A DNA stretch of 63,942 nt, counting the filler, from Globobulimina sp. (Eukaryota), in NCBI GenBank assembly GCA_003354225.1. It is 16 parts of 16 records of this genome, joined end to end, with 100 filler letters (N's around TTAATTAATTAA, not from the genome) between each part and the next. Parts side by side here need not be neighbours in the genome. Positions count along the whole stretch, not along the records: positions 36,053 to 39,955 come from PIVH01001911.1; positions 40,056 to 43,955 come from PIVH01001912.1; positions 44,056 to 47,955 come from PIVH01001913.1; positions 48,056 to 51,952 come from PIVH01001914.1; 12 more parts are not named here. One strand, written 5' to 3'. Both the position numbers and the translations under genes were made by a program. The notes under the pieces were generated by a model. The model did not search any database. It was not told where the DNA came from and worked only from the letters and a program-made list of their open reading frames with translations. Positions 36,539-49,207 of the stretch are shown here, one piece after another. Positions within the stretch are counted from its first letter, which is position 1, and every line of letters begins with the position of its first letter.

Positions 36539-39500
36539 ATGTTATCATCAACCCTGTTATTTGCTATATCAATAATTTCAGTATATGGTCGTTCAGAGGA
36601 TACTTTACCAGCCTCTGATTACCCGATTGATGTAGAAAGTCTACCATCCGCATGCAATGACCTTCCAGACGGATATCATTGGATCCGTCCATTGGTAGAC
36701 TCAGAAGATGAATATCCAAATATTTATGTCAAATGTGACAACGGATATACCATGTTAGATCCCTCATTGTTTGAGTTTTCCAATTACCATCACATTAAAG
36801 CTCTATTCTCCACCTATTCAGAGTTAAGTACTCAGTGTAGATATACATCTACGCAAAATCGCAACACCCACCAACTGACATATTTTGTACACACAATGAA
36901 ACAGCGTGACAGATTTTGTGGCTTCCTCCTCATTAAACGACCACGTTACTTGGCGAGAATGGTATTTACCCGCCGACGAAGACACAATCTTCGCCGTAGC
37001 GGAGCAATGCGACACCTGTGTCGAGACTGAAGATTTCAAGGAGTCCTCCGTGTATTACATGACTGGCAATTATAACGGCTGTCTGTGGGTCACCAAAGGT
37101 TATTGTGATATGGATCCAGATTCATACGAATGTTATGAGTGCGTGGCACCGTATGTCGATGAGCCATTATCCGGGCTCTGTACCCATATGTTTTACGACG
37201 CGGACCATCCCGTTAATTCTGCACACGATGATTGTGTCGGTACCTCGTATAACGCAGATCCGTCCATTGGCACCGAAGGCGAGTTTTGTGTCTGTTATAA
37301 ACCAAAAGCATCGGTTGTTAATGCCGTATCGAAATGGGTAGTACCTGATATCGAAGAAAATTTAGTACAGGACAAAGATACAGTAATTGAAGTGTACAAT
37401 GTTGATTTTGCGAGTGGCACATATCGCATATTAAAACCTGGCATATATCGCGTGATGGAAGATCTGGAATTTGATATGAATACAGGTTCGGATTCATTGT
37501 GTTTTTAGGACTAGTTCGCGTATAAAACTATGAATGTTGCTCCGTTTTTTCGCATATTCACATCTTTTTTTTGCATAAATTTGCATGGATTCACAAACCT
37601 ATATACCTTAAAAAATACAAATTTCGCTCGAAAATTCCATTTTTTTCCTCAAATCGCACCCATTTTTGTATGTTTCAGGTGATTATCACAGCCCTAACGC
37701 AGCGGGAAAGTGGTATCCTCGCGAGGACCAAGAAGAAGACTATATGGGCGCTGGCGGCACCTTTATCGGTCCGTACGCCATGGGCTTCTTCGCCGGCTTT
37801 GCCATCGAATGCGACGACGTCACCATCGACTTAAACGGACACGAACTCAAAATGAGCAGAGTCTTCCATATGCAGCAACGCTGGTTTTCCATCATCGAGG
37901 TCGGTTCCAAGGCCTTTATCTCCGGCCAAGGCCCGGCCAATTTCGGTCCATATATGGTGTACGCCAACAACGTCATGATTTGCGGCCCCGGCGTCATTGG
38001 CCGCTCCTCGCATCACGGCATCCACGCCAACGGCTTTGAAAACCTGGTGGTCAAAGACCTGATTGTACGCGATTTCGAAGTGGGCGGCATGTCTATGAAC
38101 GGCTTCATTGGTTTGAAGCTGATAGACGTCGAAATTGGGCCCGTGTACCAAGAGGTTCCCGTAATGGGCGTGTACACGCAAGCTCGTATCATGTTGCCTC
38201 GGCTGCGCAAAGCCTGCGAACAGAACCCGACGGGACAGGTTGAGTTTGCCGGCCGTGGCTCGTTCACTGGCGACGAGGTGTTGGACGAGTTGGAGCTGCA
38301 AATGGATATAATGTTCGACCATTTCATCAACGGCAGGGAGTATGCGGACATGGATGCGGATGAAGATAGGATCGCTTCTGCACGCAAGACGTTTGAAAAT
38401 GTGATTGGTTTGCCCTCTTCGTCCACGGTGTACGGCATCTTTTTAAATTCTTACGGTGCGTCGGTGTTTGCTATATCGGGCGCCCCGGGAACGTCTGATG
38501 GAGTGTATGCGCACAATGTGCATATCCATGGCTTGTACAAGGATCCATGGGAAGTGCCGCGCATTGTGCTGACCAAGGGGCCGTTCAACGATATTATGGA
38601 TTTTACGCGCGTCACGGACGATGGCTTGGAGACCACGCAGAGTAAATACATCGGCAGTGCCTATACCGATGCACAGTATGCCTTACATAAATTGTCCGAA
38701 GATTGGGGTGTTTTAGGTATGCTTTCTCGATATCTGACCATGCAAAAACACATGGAATCTGCGGCAATACTCAGGTCATTCCGTGATTGGCACCAAAGTG
38801 GATACGTGGATATCGCAAGGAAAGTCCATGGGCAGTGCCAAAGTGCGCTGCAACGGCGATATTATGCTGCATGTAACCAAAGGGGTGTTCGGTTTCCGTA
38901 TTGACAACGTGGACAATTTGGATTTGAATAACGTGGAAATCGACGATTTGCAGAATGTGGGTGAATTAGGCTCGTATGTGTGCGGCAATTACGAGTCTAC
39001 GGATGACGGAGGGCACAGAAATCAAAATTTCCCGTTGCAGCGCGGCTTCACCGGCACGGAAGTTCATGCTTTGTCCTTTGTGGGCTGTACGGGCAAAATG
39101 GACAACATCCATATTCATAATATAATATCCGCGCGCGGCGACGCCTTAGCGATCCAATTCTTCCCTTCCAATCAAATTGAGATCGGCGCAAATATACAGA
39201 TCGAAGATATCCATGCCGGCGCACATTTGCCCAAAGACTTATTGGCTGCGTTGGACGATCCGATGCCGAATAAAATACCGCGTGCCTGCGCTGTGACGAT
39301 ATGGACGTGGACCGATGAGGAGGCTGAGTTTTATAGCAATGAGATAAGTTTTGTGGATAAAGGCGCCATCAAAGCAAAGTGTTTGACCACGCATACGTTT
39401 TGCAGTAATTCTGCCTATGATCATGAGGCCATTTTGCCGCAAATCAAACCGTGCGATGACTCGTCGATTGTCAAGGCGCAGGATGTGGATAATCATGTTA

Positions 39501-39799
39501 TTTATGAGAAATATGTGCGGCATTTGTCGGAGGATCATGCGAAATTATTTAATGTGTTGCAGGATGATACGGAGCATAATTTTTATCCGCAACGAGCGTT
39601 TCCGAATGGAGCTCCTAAGAAAAAGATGGCAGTGGGAATTGGTGCGTATGTCATGGTTGGTACCGTGTTGTTGTTTGCTGCTTTTGCGGTGTGGAAATTT
39701 ATTGGATTGAAACGGAAGAATAAAGTAAAAAATGTAACGACAGATCATGAATGTCAGCCGTTGGTGGTTCATGATTCTGTTTATGGCGCTACAACGTAA
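36539..39799 (+). CDS. Type I membrane protein with a Cys-rich N-terminus and a beta-helix-like ectodomain; introns 36823-36904, ~37487-37678 and ~38718-38775
   Basis: Signal peptide; GFFAGFAIECDDVTIDLNGHE, SSHHGIHANG and repeated NVxIxxL strands; C-terminal TM followed by KRKNK. Confidence 0.7.
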
Positions 39800-40055
39800 A
39801 AAAAAATGGTGCTATACAGTAATTTCCAATCACTTTTTTTTTATACATTTCATTTTTTGCAGTAATTTAGATTTCATTTTTTGTGTATTTTAATTTTTAT
39901 ATAAACTTTTTTTGTTTTTTGGCTTTGTCATTTTTTTCACTCCACTTGATCCGTGNNNNNNNNNNNNNNNNNNNNNNNNNNNNNNNNNNNNNNNNNNNNT
40001 TAATTAATTAANNNNNNNNNNNNNNNNNNNNNNNNNNNNNNNNNNNNNNNNNNNN

Positions 40056-43000
40056 AATATCGGTGCTATTGTCCTCAATCTGGATATAAAAAGTAGCGTT
40101 GAAATGCTCATCAAATAGGAATATTGTGGGTGATCTGGTTGGAGCAGTGGTTGGTGAACTAGTTGGTGGGAATGTAGGTGCTGTCGATGGTGAAAATGTG
40201 GGTGCCATGGTCGGAGATGTTGTAGGAGCATAACTAAATATATAATCGCAACATTCTCCGATACAATCTCCATTATACCGGTTAAATGTACTGTGATATA
40301 AATATTCAGTAACACTATTATTAATATTCAAATTGCAGCTATACGTCACGTCATAACATGTACTTTGATTTGTTAATGGGTTAAAGGCACATTGCAAATC
40401 CAATTCGTTAAAGCCTTTGGCAAAGAATATGAATATGTCCCATGGGTCCACATACAATGCTTTTTCAATATTTATATTGCAATTCGTAAATGGACAATAA
40501 ATCCATAAATCTCTGCATGATGTAAAATATCGGTCATCTGTTGGAATAACTAGTTCTGTTTTGGTGATATCAAAACATGTCAGATTTAATCCTTTTGCCG
40601 GGTTCGACGCATTCGAATAATAAATCCGCGTTCTTGGACATGAATTGGTATTTAAACAATTTACTTCTACGTAATCAACATCGTTGGCAAATATTTGCAA
40701 GTAATGACATGCTGCCCAATTTTGACAATACACTTTTAAGCTTTTCTGTGTGGATTTTACATCTCCGATGTAATAATTTGTATAAATTTGCGCATAGACA
40801 CAACTATAACGGCCTTCACAGTGCAAAATACACTCATCGCCAACGCAATATATTTTGCTATCAGCGCACGATTGATATGGAGAACAGTAAATAATTTGCG
40901 AGGTTATGTTTTGTCCTGCGAATTGATTCTCGAATGATGCAATAACCGTTGATTCAAAGACTGGGTTCGATTTTAAGCACTCAGTCTCGTTGACTGCATC
41001 AAAATTATCGTATTTATTATAATAATCTGGAGCGCCGCAATAAAACTCAATATCTGGGTCTTCTGAAAAATTATAATTTATATCCAATTGATTAAATCCG
41101 TACAAACTATGCATTTTAATACCGGTGGATATATCCAATAAATTTAGATTATATTCGTATTTCTCATCAATATATGAAGAATAATTTGATATTTTTAAAA
41201 AAATCGATGTGTCATCACATGTCCCGTAATCATAACAATTTATGTCAATATTGGAGTCAGTGAATGTTAATAATGATTGACTGCAACTTCCATAGCAATG
41301 AAACTCGAATGAAGTAATGCTCCAAAAATTAAAATCTGTTCCTGAGCATTCCACACATTCTAATTCCACCGATACATTTCTATCATCATAGCCACTGATC
41401 GTAAACCAATCGCTGTAACATCGATCACATAAAATCTTAACAGATAATGGCCTTTGTGCTTCATTCGTATTTGCAACATTAAGAATCCTCCAATCTGATT
41501 TCACATCGTGTTGATCTGTCCAATTTAACAAATGATCGCTGTTCAATATCCTAAACTCGGCCTGACTCATTCCGTAATCATATATGATTGCTGCCAAATT
41601 GTGTGATACCTCAAAATCTACGTAATTCCCTTCTTGGGCATCAACATAATAATTTGTATAAAACTTACCATATTCGGATGGCAGTAATATTGGATTAATA
41701 AAAGCTGAACAAATACTGCCCGGACTGCTGGAGCACTGCAAATGAATTGACTTTGGGTAACTATCTTTTTTACAGGACTGCAAACCAGAACATTCAAAAT
41801 GGCATTTGGATGACACATCGTTGCAATAAACGTTATGCACTTTGCATGAATATGCTGCATCACAATATATGTAACATTCAGCCAATGATAATGATGGGTT
41901 ATATTTCTTGCATGATAAGCTAGTGTCACTTGTGTAGTTTGGAATTTTCGTGGTGTGTATTATGGCAACATCGTTTAACCAGATATATGCATCACAGCCA
42001 TAAGAGTAGTTTGCATCGAACACATACAAATGATCATAGTTGTCACAAAACCAACTGTAGTTTGCATGGTTATATTCCATATCACAGTAATACAAATAAT
42101 CTGAATATTCTGTACAATATAAAATAATGCCATCACATATTAAATCATCCGCATCGTTACATTTCAAATCGATTGTATTCATGCCGTGTTTGGAGAATAT
42201 TGATATATGATTATGGTAGGAATTATTTAATTCAATGTGACATTTCTGTGCTTGGTATAGATAATCATACATTGTATTGAATGGTATTAAATCGGGACAG
42301 GTAACATCCATAAACACACAGCTTTCATTTGTCTGAGAACAAACAACATATAAATCCGCAAATGTTGAGTCTGCGTTGATTTTTAAATTTTGTGTATTTA
42401 CAGAAACATCGTGACAGCTTTGTGAGTGATTACAAAACAATGAAATTTCAAAATTGTCCCATTTCCATAGCTGAGAAACATTCCAATCGTCAGATACAAA
42501 CAACATCATATGTTTACAGGATTGCTTCCCTGCACAATAAATATTCATATTGAGACTTAAATTATTGATTTCATGCTCAGAGTGTATGTTATTTATCTCT
42601 ATGACCATTGCTTCGCAACTGCTGTCAGATAAACAATGTATTGTATATTGTGCAAACGTTGCGATGTCGGATAACGACAGTGATGGACTGGAAGACGTGT
42701 TTAACGAATTTAATATTAATGATCTGTTGCTAAATTGATTGTAGTGTTGTATGATATCTGAACTAGTTTCGTCGGATTTGACTGTTAAATGCTTGCAACT
42801 GTCGGGATATAGACAATCGATTTGGATATCTTGATTGAAAAATGTATGATAAATTGTTGTAAAACCACAGGATTCTCGTTGACTGCAAATAATATTACAT
42901 CTGGTTGAATTATTACAAAATATCGATGATAATGCGCAGCTTCTATAGGATGAACATTCTATGATACATTCTGACTGATTTGAAGGGCAATGTATATCTT

Positions 43001-43082
43001 CATCTATGAATTGACTAAAACTGATACGTAGTGATGATAGAAACAAAATCGACAAAAATAATGAACGCGAATTGGTGACCAT
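40056..43082 (-). CDS. Secreted Cys-rich repeat protein (C-x4-5-SC repeats) with a Pro/Thr/Ser stalk, 3'-truncated
   Basis: Signal peptide, many CxxxxSC..IxC units and APTTSPTMAPTFSPS repeats. Confidence 0.75.
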
Positions 43083-43219
43083 GAGTGTTTTTAACAAACA
43101 ACAAAGAAGAATGCAAATAGGTTTTTTTCTGAACTGTACTTGCTAAGTTTTCTGCAGGTTTTCCTGTTTTTCGGCAACTGTGATTTCATTGGCTGATTGG
43201 CACCAGAAATATATGACTG

Positions 43220-43327
43220 ATGACTCGTGGTAATCAACGTAATCAGGACAGACAAAGAGCTCAAAAAAGGAATGCAAAAAATGCTAAACAACCAAAAAAT
43301 GCTAAACATTGGGGTCACTCATTCTGA
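43220..43327 (+). pseudogene. SERF: SERF/4F5-like small protein: N-terminus intact, C-terminus replaced at a rearrangement junction
   Basis: MTRGNQRNQDRQRAQKRNAK matches the 4F5 signature (MTRGNQR..R). Below the ORF-track size cutoff. Confidence 0.65.
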
Positions 43328-43802
43328 CACCCAACGCATTTTCATGCTTTTGTTGTAGTATGAACTGTCTTTTTGATTTTCTATTTTGTATGTTCTCATT
43401 CATATGATTATTAGTCATATAATTGTCAGTCATATCATTTCTCTTTGTATTCGTTGAAAAGCCAAACCAAGCACTCGGGTCACTCATTCTTACACCCAAC
43501 GCATTTTCATGCTTTTGTTGCAGTGCGAATTGTCTTTTTGATTTTCTATTTTGTTCAATTGTTTCTTGTCGCGTTTTAATACCATTTTCGTGTAATTTAT
43601 TTGAGTGAGTTTGAAATTCTCTGCTTTTCTTATTATCACTTTTTTTTGCATTTGCTTTTGCATTTCCATTCATTGCATTATCATTATAATTTTCATTATT
43701 TAACGGTTGCAGAGATATTCTTGCTCGTTTTTTTGGTCGTTCAGGAGCTTCATTGTTATTGTTGTTATTTGGTTCAAATTCTTCTCTACTTCTTTTACTC
43801 AT
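43302..43802 (-). pseudogene. Truncated protein with a basic IBB-like segment and an internal duplication
   Basis: RQETIEQNRKSKRQFALQQK resembles an importin-beta-binding helix. QNRKSKRQF..LGVRMSDP occurs twice (~43311-43390 and ~43477-43554). Confidence 0.4.
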
Positions 43803-44055
43803 TTTTTTAATTTATTCTGTTTTGTCTGAAATTAAATAAACTTATTCTCTGAATCAAAACGCCATGCTTTTTGTTTTATAAAAAAAAACAATAAATTCCA
43901 AAATTTAACCCCACTCAGTTGTTTAACCCCTTTGTATTCCATTCCGTTTCCAAATNNNNNNNNNNNNNNNNNNNNNNNNNNNNNNNNNNNNNNNNNNNNT
44001 TAATTAATTAANNNNNNNNNNNNNNNNNNNNNNNNNNNNNNNNNNNNNNNNNNNN

Positions 44056-47000
44056 AATAAGACGCAACACCAAAAAGTATCATCAATATCATCATGCTAT
44101 GAAACCATCCTAAAGTGTGGATCCCTTACATCTGTGAATACATCATCCAATTTAGCCGCCAAAGCATCAGATTATGCATTTTTATGCTCAAAGTACGGAT
44201 TTACAGATCGTGCAGACAGATTATACGAATGTATGGATCAAATAAATGATGAAAATGTGAAAGAACATCACTTGGATTTAGTATCGATATTATTTCAACT
44301 TTCTGAATCAAGCCAACATTCATTTAATCCGATTGAGAATAACAAGCATGATAGAAATAATTTTTTTGAATTAAATGATGCAAATATTAATCCAGCAAAT
44401 AATAATCAAACAATCAATAAACTTAATAATTTGTTTAAAGCCCTACCATCGACAGATATGAGTACAGTCACTCAGTCAATGCAAGATATTAAAATACCAA
44501 ATGGAGCGGAAGAAAAACAAAGTATTGATATAAATGATGAGAATGTGTGGTTATCAGAGGAGAGTCAGAGTGATATTAATTTTATGAATCCATTTTCATC
44601 GGCAATCTCATATTCAATTTCAAATGAAGAAAATAGCATAAATACAATGCATATATCATTTGACGATAGCATTCAGGATGAAATTGACAGCAATTTTATG
44701 GGTGTTGCTGTTTGTGATAATTGTAATAATTCTGTTGGTGACAGTTTGTTTGCTTTGCAATCATCAGATTTGCCATCAACACATACAACAGATACAACAT
44801 ATAATAATGACACCATCTCATTATTTCGCGAGGAATGGAATTATGTGAAACAAGAATGGCGCCATTTAGATGAAACAAATAATAAATCAAATATACAAAG
44901 TAAATATGGATCGTATTGCGAAGATAAACAAGTATTTATTCCATCTGATAGTTATATATCATGCTCATATTTCAATGGGTCATATCCGGATGAAACAAAT
45001 CATAAAATAAAAGAAAATGAAAATGATTATTTATTATCCGATAAACAGCTCAATATTTACAATAAAAGATACATACAATGCACTTTTAAACACAATGCAG
45101 AAACACCTGTTTTTGCACATAAATCCGAGATAATATCATCGATTTTAAATGCGTTGTTAGGCATTGCAGACAATAAAAATGTAATAATTTATGATACAAA
45201 ATGTAATGAATTCTTTCCAATTTGTTGTTTTTGCATTGGATATACAGTGGAATCCATAAAAGATATATTACACAATATTTGTAATACCGCCACAAAATAT
45301 GTTCGTATCACGCAAATCATCAATCAATTTAAAATAAGAAATAGTTTCATTTCACAATGTTTATCGCATTCCCTCGGTCAATATTTAAATTTCTATAAAC
45401 AATGTGTATTATTGTTACCGTCATCCATTCAAAACCAATATGCTGTCTGTGATGGCATGCATAGTTTAGAAATAATGGATATAATGGCACATATTTGTAA
45501 ATTACAAGAAAGCATAACATTTCTATATAATTTATGCAATTCATTGTCGAATCTGAATGGATTTGGTGTTGCCATTTTAGAATATTTATATGAAACCATC
45601 CTGCAAACAATCAATAATAATCATAGTTTATCCATTTATTTATTTCAATCCTGTTTTGAGCCATTAATCGATGTTATTTCTTCTTGGATTTATTGTGGCG
45701 AAATCAATGATTTTTATAACCAAATTACTGAAAACAATACAGATGAAAATGTGGTAAAATTTAAGAAATTGCCGTATTTTTTAGAATCATTGAAAGAGGA
45801 CATTGAAAGAACTGGCTTTCAATTAAACATTTTAAAAAAATGCGACTTTGAGTTATTTGGTTGTTGCTATGTTCCAAAGTTTGTTGATGATAAAGAAAAG
45901 AAAATAAATTATCCCATTCACGCAATATTCAAATACAAACAAATCAAAATCTGTTCAAATAAACAGAAAAAATTAATTAAACTACAAATGTCATTCTTTG
46001 ATGAAATAAAATCTAAATTTTATCAGCAACAGAAAGAAAAAAAAGAATTAAATTATCAGCAAAACATGAAACAAATTGAAATGCTAAAAAAAGAAAAAGA
46101 AAATCAAGAGAAAGAGATTGAAACTCAAAGACGAGAAATTGTAGAAAAACAAAGGAAAATAAGATATGCTTTGCAAGAAACAGTGAATGAAAGAAAACAT
46201 AATAAAAAACTGAAAAAATTGCAAACAATCAAAGATGAAAAAAAACAATTATTTGAAATGGAAATGAAAGAAGAAAATGAAATTAAAACAGAACCAAACA
46301 AACATTCATTATTAATGCAATGGAAAATCGAGAGAGCAAAATTAAATTCAAAACGGACAGAATTAATTCGCCAAATTGATAATAAATATTTTGATGAATT
46401 TCAGCAAATTAAAAATCAAATTAAAAAACCGCAAACTATGACTGATAATGTCACAAAACAAAGAAATGAGGCAATTATATCCAGATTGACGCAACAAACA
46501 TTGTCACAGTTTGAATCATTAGAAATTGCAATGGATTCGGAGCAGGAGAAAGAGCAAGAAAATGGGGATGAGGATGGCGATGAAGATATGAAATTAATGG
46601 AATTGCCACAGAATGAAATGGAAATAAACGAAGAGAAAAAGGTAAAATACGCCGCAAAGCCATTTCAAAGAGATTTTGAGTTTGATTTTGATGAAACAGG
46701 AAAAGGAAAAGAAGAAAAAGAGTGGAATGCAATGAACATAACAAGACCGAATGGGATGGGATTTATTTATGATTATCGCAACAATGAGAATGAGAATGAA
46801 ACCTTTCTTCCAATCAAAGAATGCCTGAAACAGAGCATTTTTGGTGGCATTCAATTACAATCATTCATTGTGGACAAAGTGACATTATTTTTATTTGAGG
46901 ACAAACTAAAATTATTAAACCATTTCCAATCATTAAACAGATTTTATTTGATGAATAATGGCGATTTAATGAATAGATTTTGTTGTAATTTGTATAAAAA

Positions 47001-47949
47001 AGAAAAAGAAAAAACAATCAATGCATTAAGTCCATCCATTATAAATTTAATATTTTCCAAATGTATAAAGACAATGAATTATGAGATTGATCCATTTGTA
47101 AAACGATTAAAATTTATCCAATCGCAGTTTACTGCAAATAACAAAGTATTGTTACAGGAAATGGTCGGTAATTCACACAAAGATTCTTCCTATTTTTTAA
47201 TTGATATATATTTGGATTATGAGATTGAATGGCCACTGACAGAAATAATAAGTGGTGCTATTATAAGCAAATATAATTTGATATTTCTATTTTTTTTATA
47301 TTTACATTATGTGGAATCGCAACTAAATGAATGTTGGAATGAGATGAAAAGAGCCAGACACGATGACATATTGAGAAAATATAATATTTCATGGTACGAA
47401 TTGCTTTTATTTCGTCGAGAATTATACCACATACTCAATAATTTAATGGCTTTTTTTAATAATCAAATATTGAATGTTTCATGGAAGAAATTCAAAAATA
47501 AGCTAAAAAATGAGAAGAATAAGAAGAATATTTTGCAAATTAAGAAATTATACAATGAATATGTTCAACATTTATTAGAAAGTTGTTTTTTGAGCAAACA
47601 TCAAAGTGATTTAAGAAAACGGATCCATAAAATGTTAGAATTAATGGTTGAATTTAAAAGTAATATAACTCAGTTATTGGTTTTATTGCAATTGGATCTA
47701 AACAATGTCAATGAGTGTAATATTAATAATAATTATTATGTCCATATCAATAATAAGAATATTGAGAAGCATATACGAGCCATTATCCATTGCATGAAGT
47801 CATTCCAATCGGTTTCAAGATTTGTATTTAAGGTTCTCGACAACTTAAATAAAGCGCGAGTATCACATATCATTCATCAGTTATCCTTACAACTTGATTT
47901 TAATTATTATTATAAAAATAAAAATAATAATAATAATAATATGACATAA
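44056..47949 (+). CDS. TUBGCP6: Gamma-tubulin complex component, GCP6-like, 5'-truncated
   Basis: GRIP1 (LPYFL..IERTGFQLNILK) and GRIP2 (LLNHFQSLNRFYLMNNGD, LDYEIEWPLTEII..KYNLIFLF, LQLDFNYYY) separated by a long coiled-coil insert. Confidence 0.75.
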   Translation, partial: NKTQHQKVSSISSCYETILKCGSLTSVNTSSNLAAKASDYAFLCSKYGFTDRADRLYECMDQINDENVKEHHLDLVSILFQLSESSQHSFNPIENNKHDRNNFFELNDANINPANNNQTINKLNNLFKALPSTDMSTVTQSMQDIKIPNGAEEKQSIDINDENVWLSEESQSDINFMNPFSSAISYSISNEENSINTMHISFDDSIQDEIDSNFMGVAVCDNCNNSVGDSLFALQSSDLPSTHTTDTTYNNDTISLFREEWNYVKQEWRHLDETNNKSNIQSKYGSYCEDKQVFIPSDSYISCSYFNGSYPDETNHKIKENENDYLLSDKQLNIYNKRYIQCTFKHNAETPVFAHKSEIISSILNALLGIADNKNVIIYDTKCNEFFPICCFCIGYTVESIKDILHNICNTATKYVRITQIINQFKIRNSFISQCLSHSLGQYLNFYKQCVLLLPSSIQNQYAVCDGMHSLEIMDIMAHICKLQESITFLYNLCNSLSNLNGFGVAILEYLYETILQTINNNHSLSIYLFQSCFEPLIDVISSWIYCGEINDFYNQITENNTDENVVKFKKLPYFLESLKEDIERTGFQLNILKKCDFELFGCCYVPKFVDDKEKKINYPIHAIFKYKQIKICSNKQKKLIKLQMSFFDEIKSKFYQQQKEKKELNYQQNMKQIEMLKKEKENQEKEIETQRREIVEKQRKIRYALQETVNERKHNKKLKKLQTIKDEKKQLFEMEMKEENEIKTEPNKHSLLMQWKIERAKLNSKRTELIRQIDNKYFDEFQQIKNQIKKPQTMTDNVTKQRNEAIISRLTQQTLSQFESLEIAMDSEQEKEQENGDEDGDEDMKLMELPQNEMEINEEKKVKYAAKPFQRDFEFDFDETGKGKEEKEWNAMNITRPNGMGFIYDYRNNENENETFLPIKECLKQSIFGGIQLQSFIVDKVTLFLFEDKLKLLNHFQSLNRFYLMNNGDLMNRFCCNLYKKEKEKTINALSPSIINLIFSKCIKTMNYEIDPFVKRLKFIQSQFTANNKVLLQEMVGNSHKDSSYFLIDIYLDYEIEWPLTEIISGAIISKYNLIFLFFLYLHYVESQLNECWNEMKRARHDDILRKYNISWYELLLFRRELYHILNNLMAFFNNQILNVSWKKFKNKLKNEKNKKNILQIKKLYNEYVQHLLESCFLSKHQSDLRKRIHKMLELMVEFKSNITQLLVLLQLDLNNVNECNINNNYYVHINNKNIEKHIRAIIHCMKSFQSVSRFVFKVLDNLNKARVSHIIHQLSLQLDFNYYYKNKNNNNNNMT

Positions 47950-48055
47950 ATTGTANNNNNNNNNNNNNNNNNNNNNNNNNNNNNNNNNNNNNNNNNNNNT
48001 TAATTAATTAANNNNNNNNNNNNNNNNNNNNNNNNNNNNNNNNNNNNNNNNNNNN

Positions 48056-48209
48056 GATACTCAGATCCAGCAATCTCAAATATATATATATATATGTGTA
48101 TAGGCAATATCAACTGATACACTGATCCTGATACTCAGATCCAGCAATCTCAAATATATATATATATATGTATATAGGCAATATCAACTGATACACTGAT
48201 CCTGATACT
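48056..48209. repeat. Tandem repeat with a 74-bp unit, two copies plus a partial, at the contig start
   Basis: GATACTCAGATCCAGCAATCTCAAA(TA)n..GGCAATATCAACTGATACACTGATCCT starts at 48056 and 48130. Confidence 0.9.
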
Positions 48210-48317
48210 GTGATCCCAAAGTGCTGTCACATATATACAGATAAACTTATACACTGATAGTCTGATAATTAGTGTTACTTAATGTTTTTTTTTTCTCTAA
48301 GTCTGTTCAATTGCATC

Positions 48318-48975
48318 ATGTTGAATTGCTTTCGAAATTTATGCAAAGTTCGTAAAAACAAAAATAAAAATAAGACGTTGGATTTAAAAAATTCGCAGCA
48401 AATACCTTCGTCTCAGCAAGAGAAAAAGATATTAAAAACCACAATAATAGTCGGCTGCCCGTTATGTCAAGCAAAAGGATATGAATGGTTAGTAACGGCA
48501 TGTCCGTTTTGTTCCACTCAAAGGTAGCATGTATTTTCGTTTATACAAATAAATACGACGTTAAATATGTTTTAGATGTAAATGTGAAATTGACGACCGC
48601 TGTGAATATAAAACTTACTGTGAACATTGCAAAATTACCTGCAGTGCTTGCAAAACATCTGTATGTGAAAATTGTGTCCATCGGTGCACGATCTGTAAAA
48701 AACGGGCTTGTATCGGATGTATTTATTGGAATCCGTTAATGCATGAAGACATTTGTAAATCATGCATTCAAAATTCAAATTCGGATCGGTCTCAGCCTTG
48801 GTTAATGGAAGAGCAGCGAAGTGAAAGGAAAAGTGATGAGGAAAATGAGAAAGATGGAAAAGAAGAGAAAAATGGAAAAGAGGAGAAAGTAGAGTATTCA
48901 GATTCAAGCAGTGGCAGTCCAAGCCTGTCAGAATATATGGAAACGATGGGCGTCGGTGAAGTAGGTTATGAATGA
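48318..48975 (+). CDS. Cys-rich zinc-binding protein with an acidic tail; intron 48524-48575
   Basis: Spliced product reads CPLC..CPFC..CKC..CEHC..CSAC..CENC..CTIC..CIGC..CKSC. The start codon is uncertain. Confidence 0.6.
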
Positions 48976-49207
48976 CTGAAACAATTTAAATTAAAATAAA
49001 AACACAAAAAACCCGTCAAAATACGAGATCTCTAAGTCGACAGAAAAAAACTAAAAAAACAAATACAATTACAATTATCAATCCCACAAAAAGCCTACAT
49101 AAAAAAATAAACCCGCAAAAACGATACTCTAAGTCCACATTAAAAAAAAATGTAAACAAAAATAAAAAGAACAGACAAATAAAGAAAGATATAGATATTG
49201 AAAGAGG

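Noticed and set aside
48056-48209. Possible CRISPR array
   Set aside because: The units are contiguous near-identical repeats with no unique spacers, there are no cas genes, and the context is eukaryotic.
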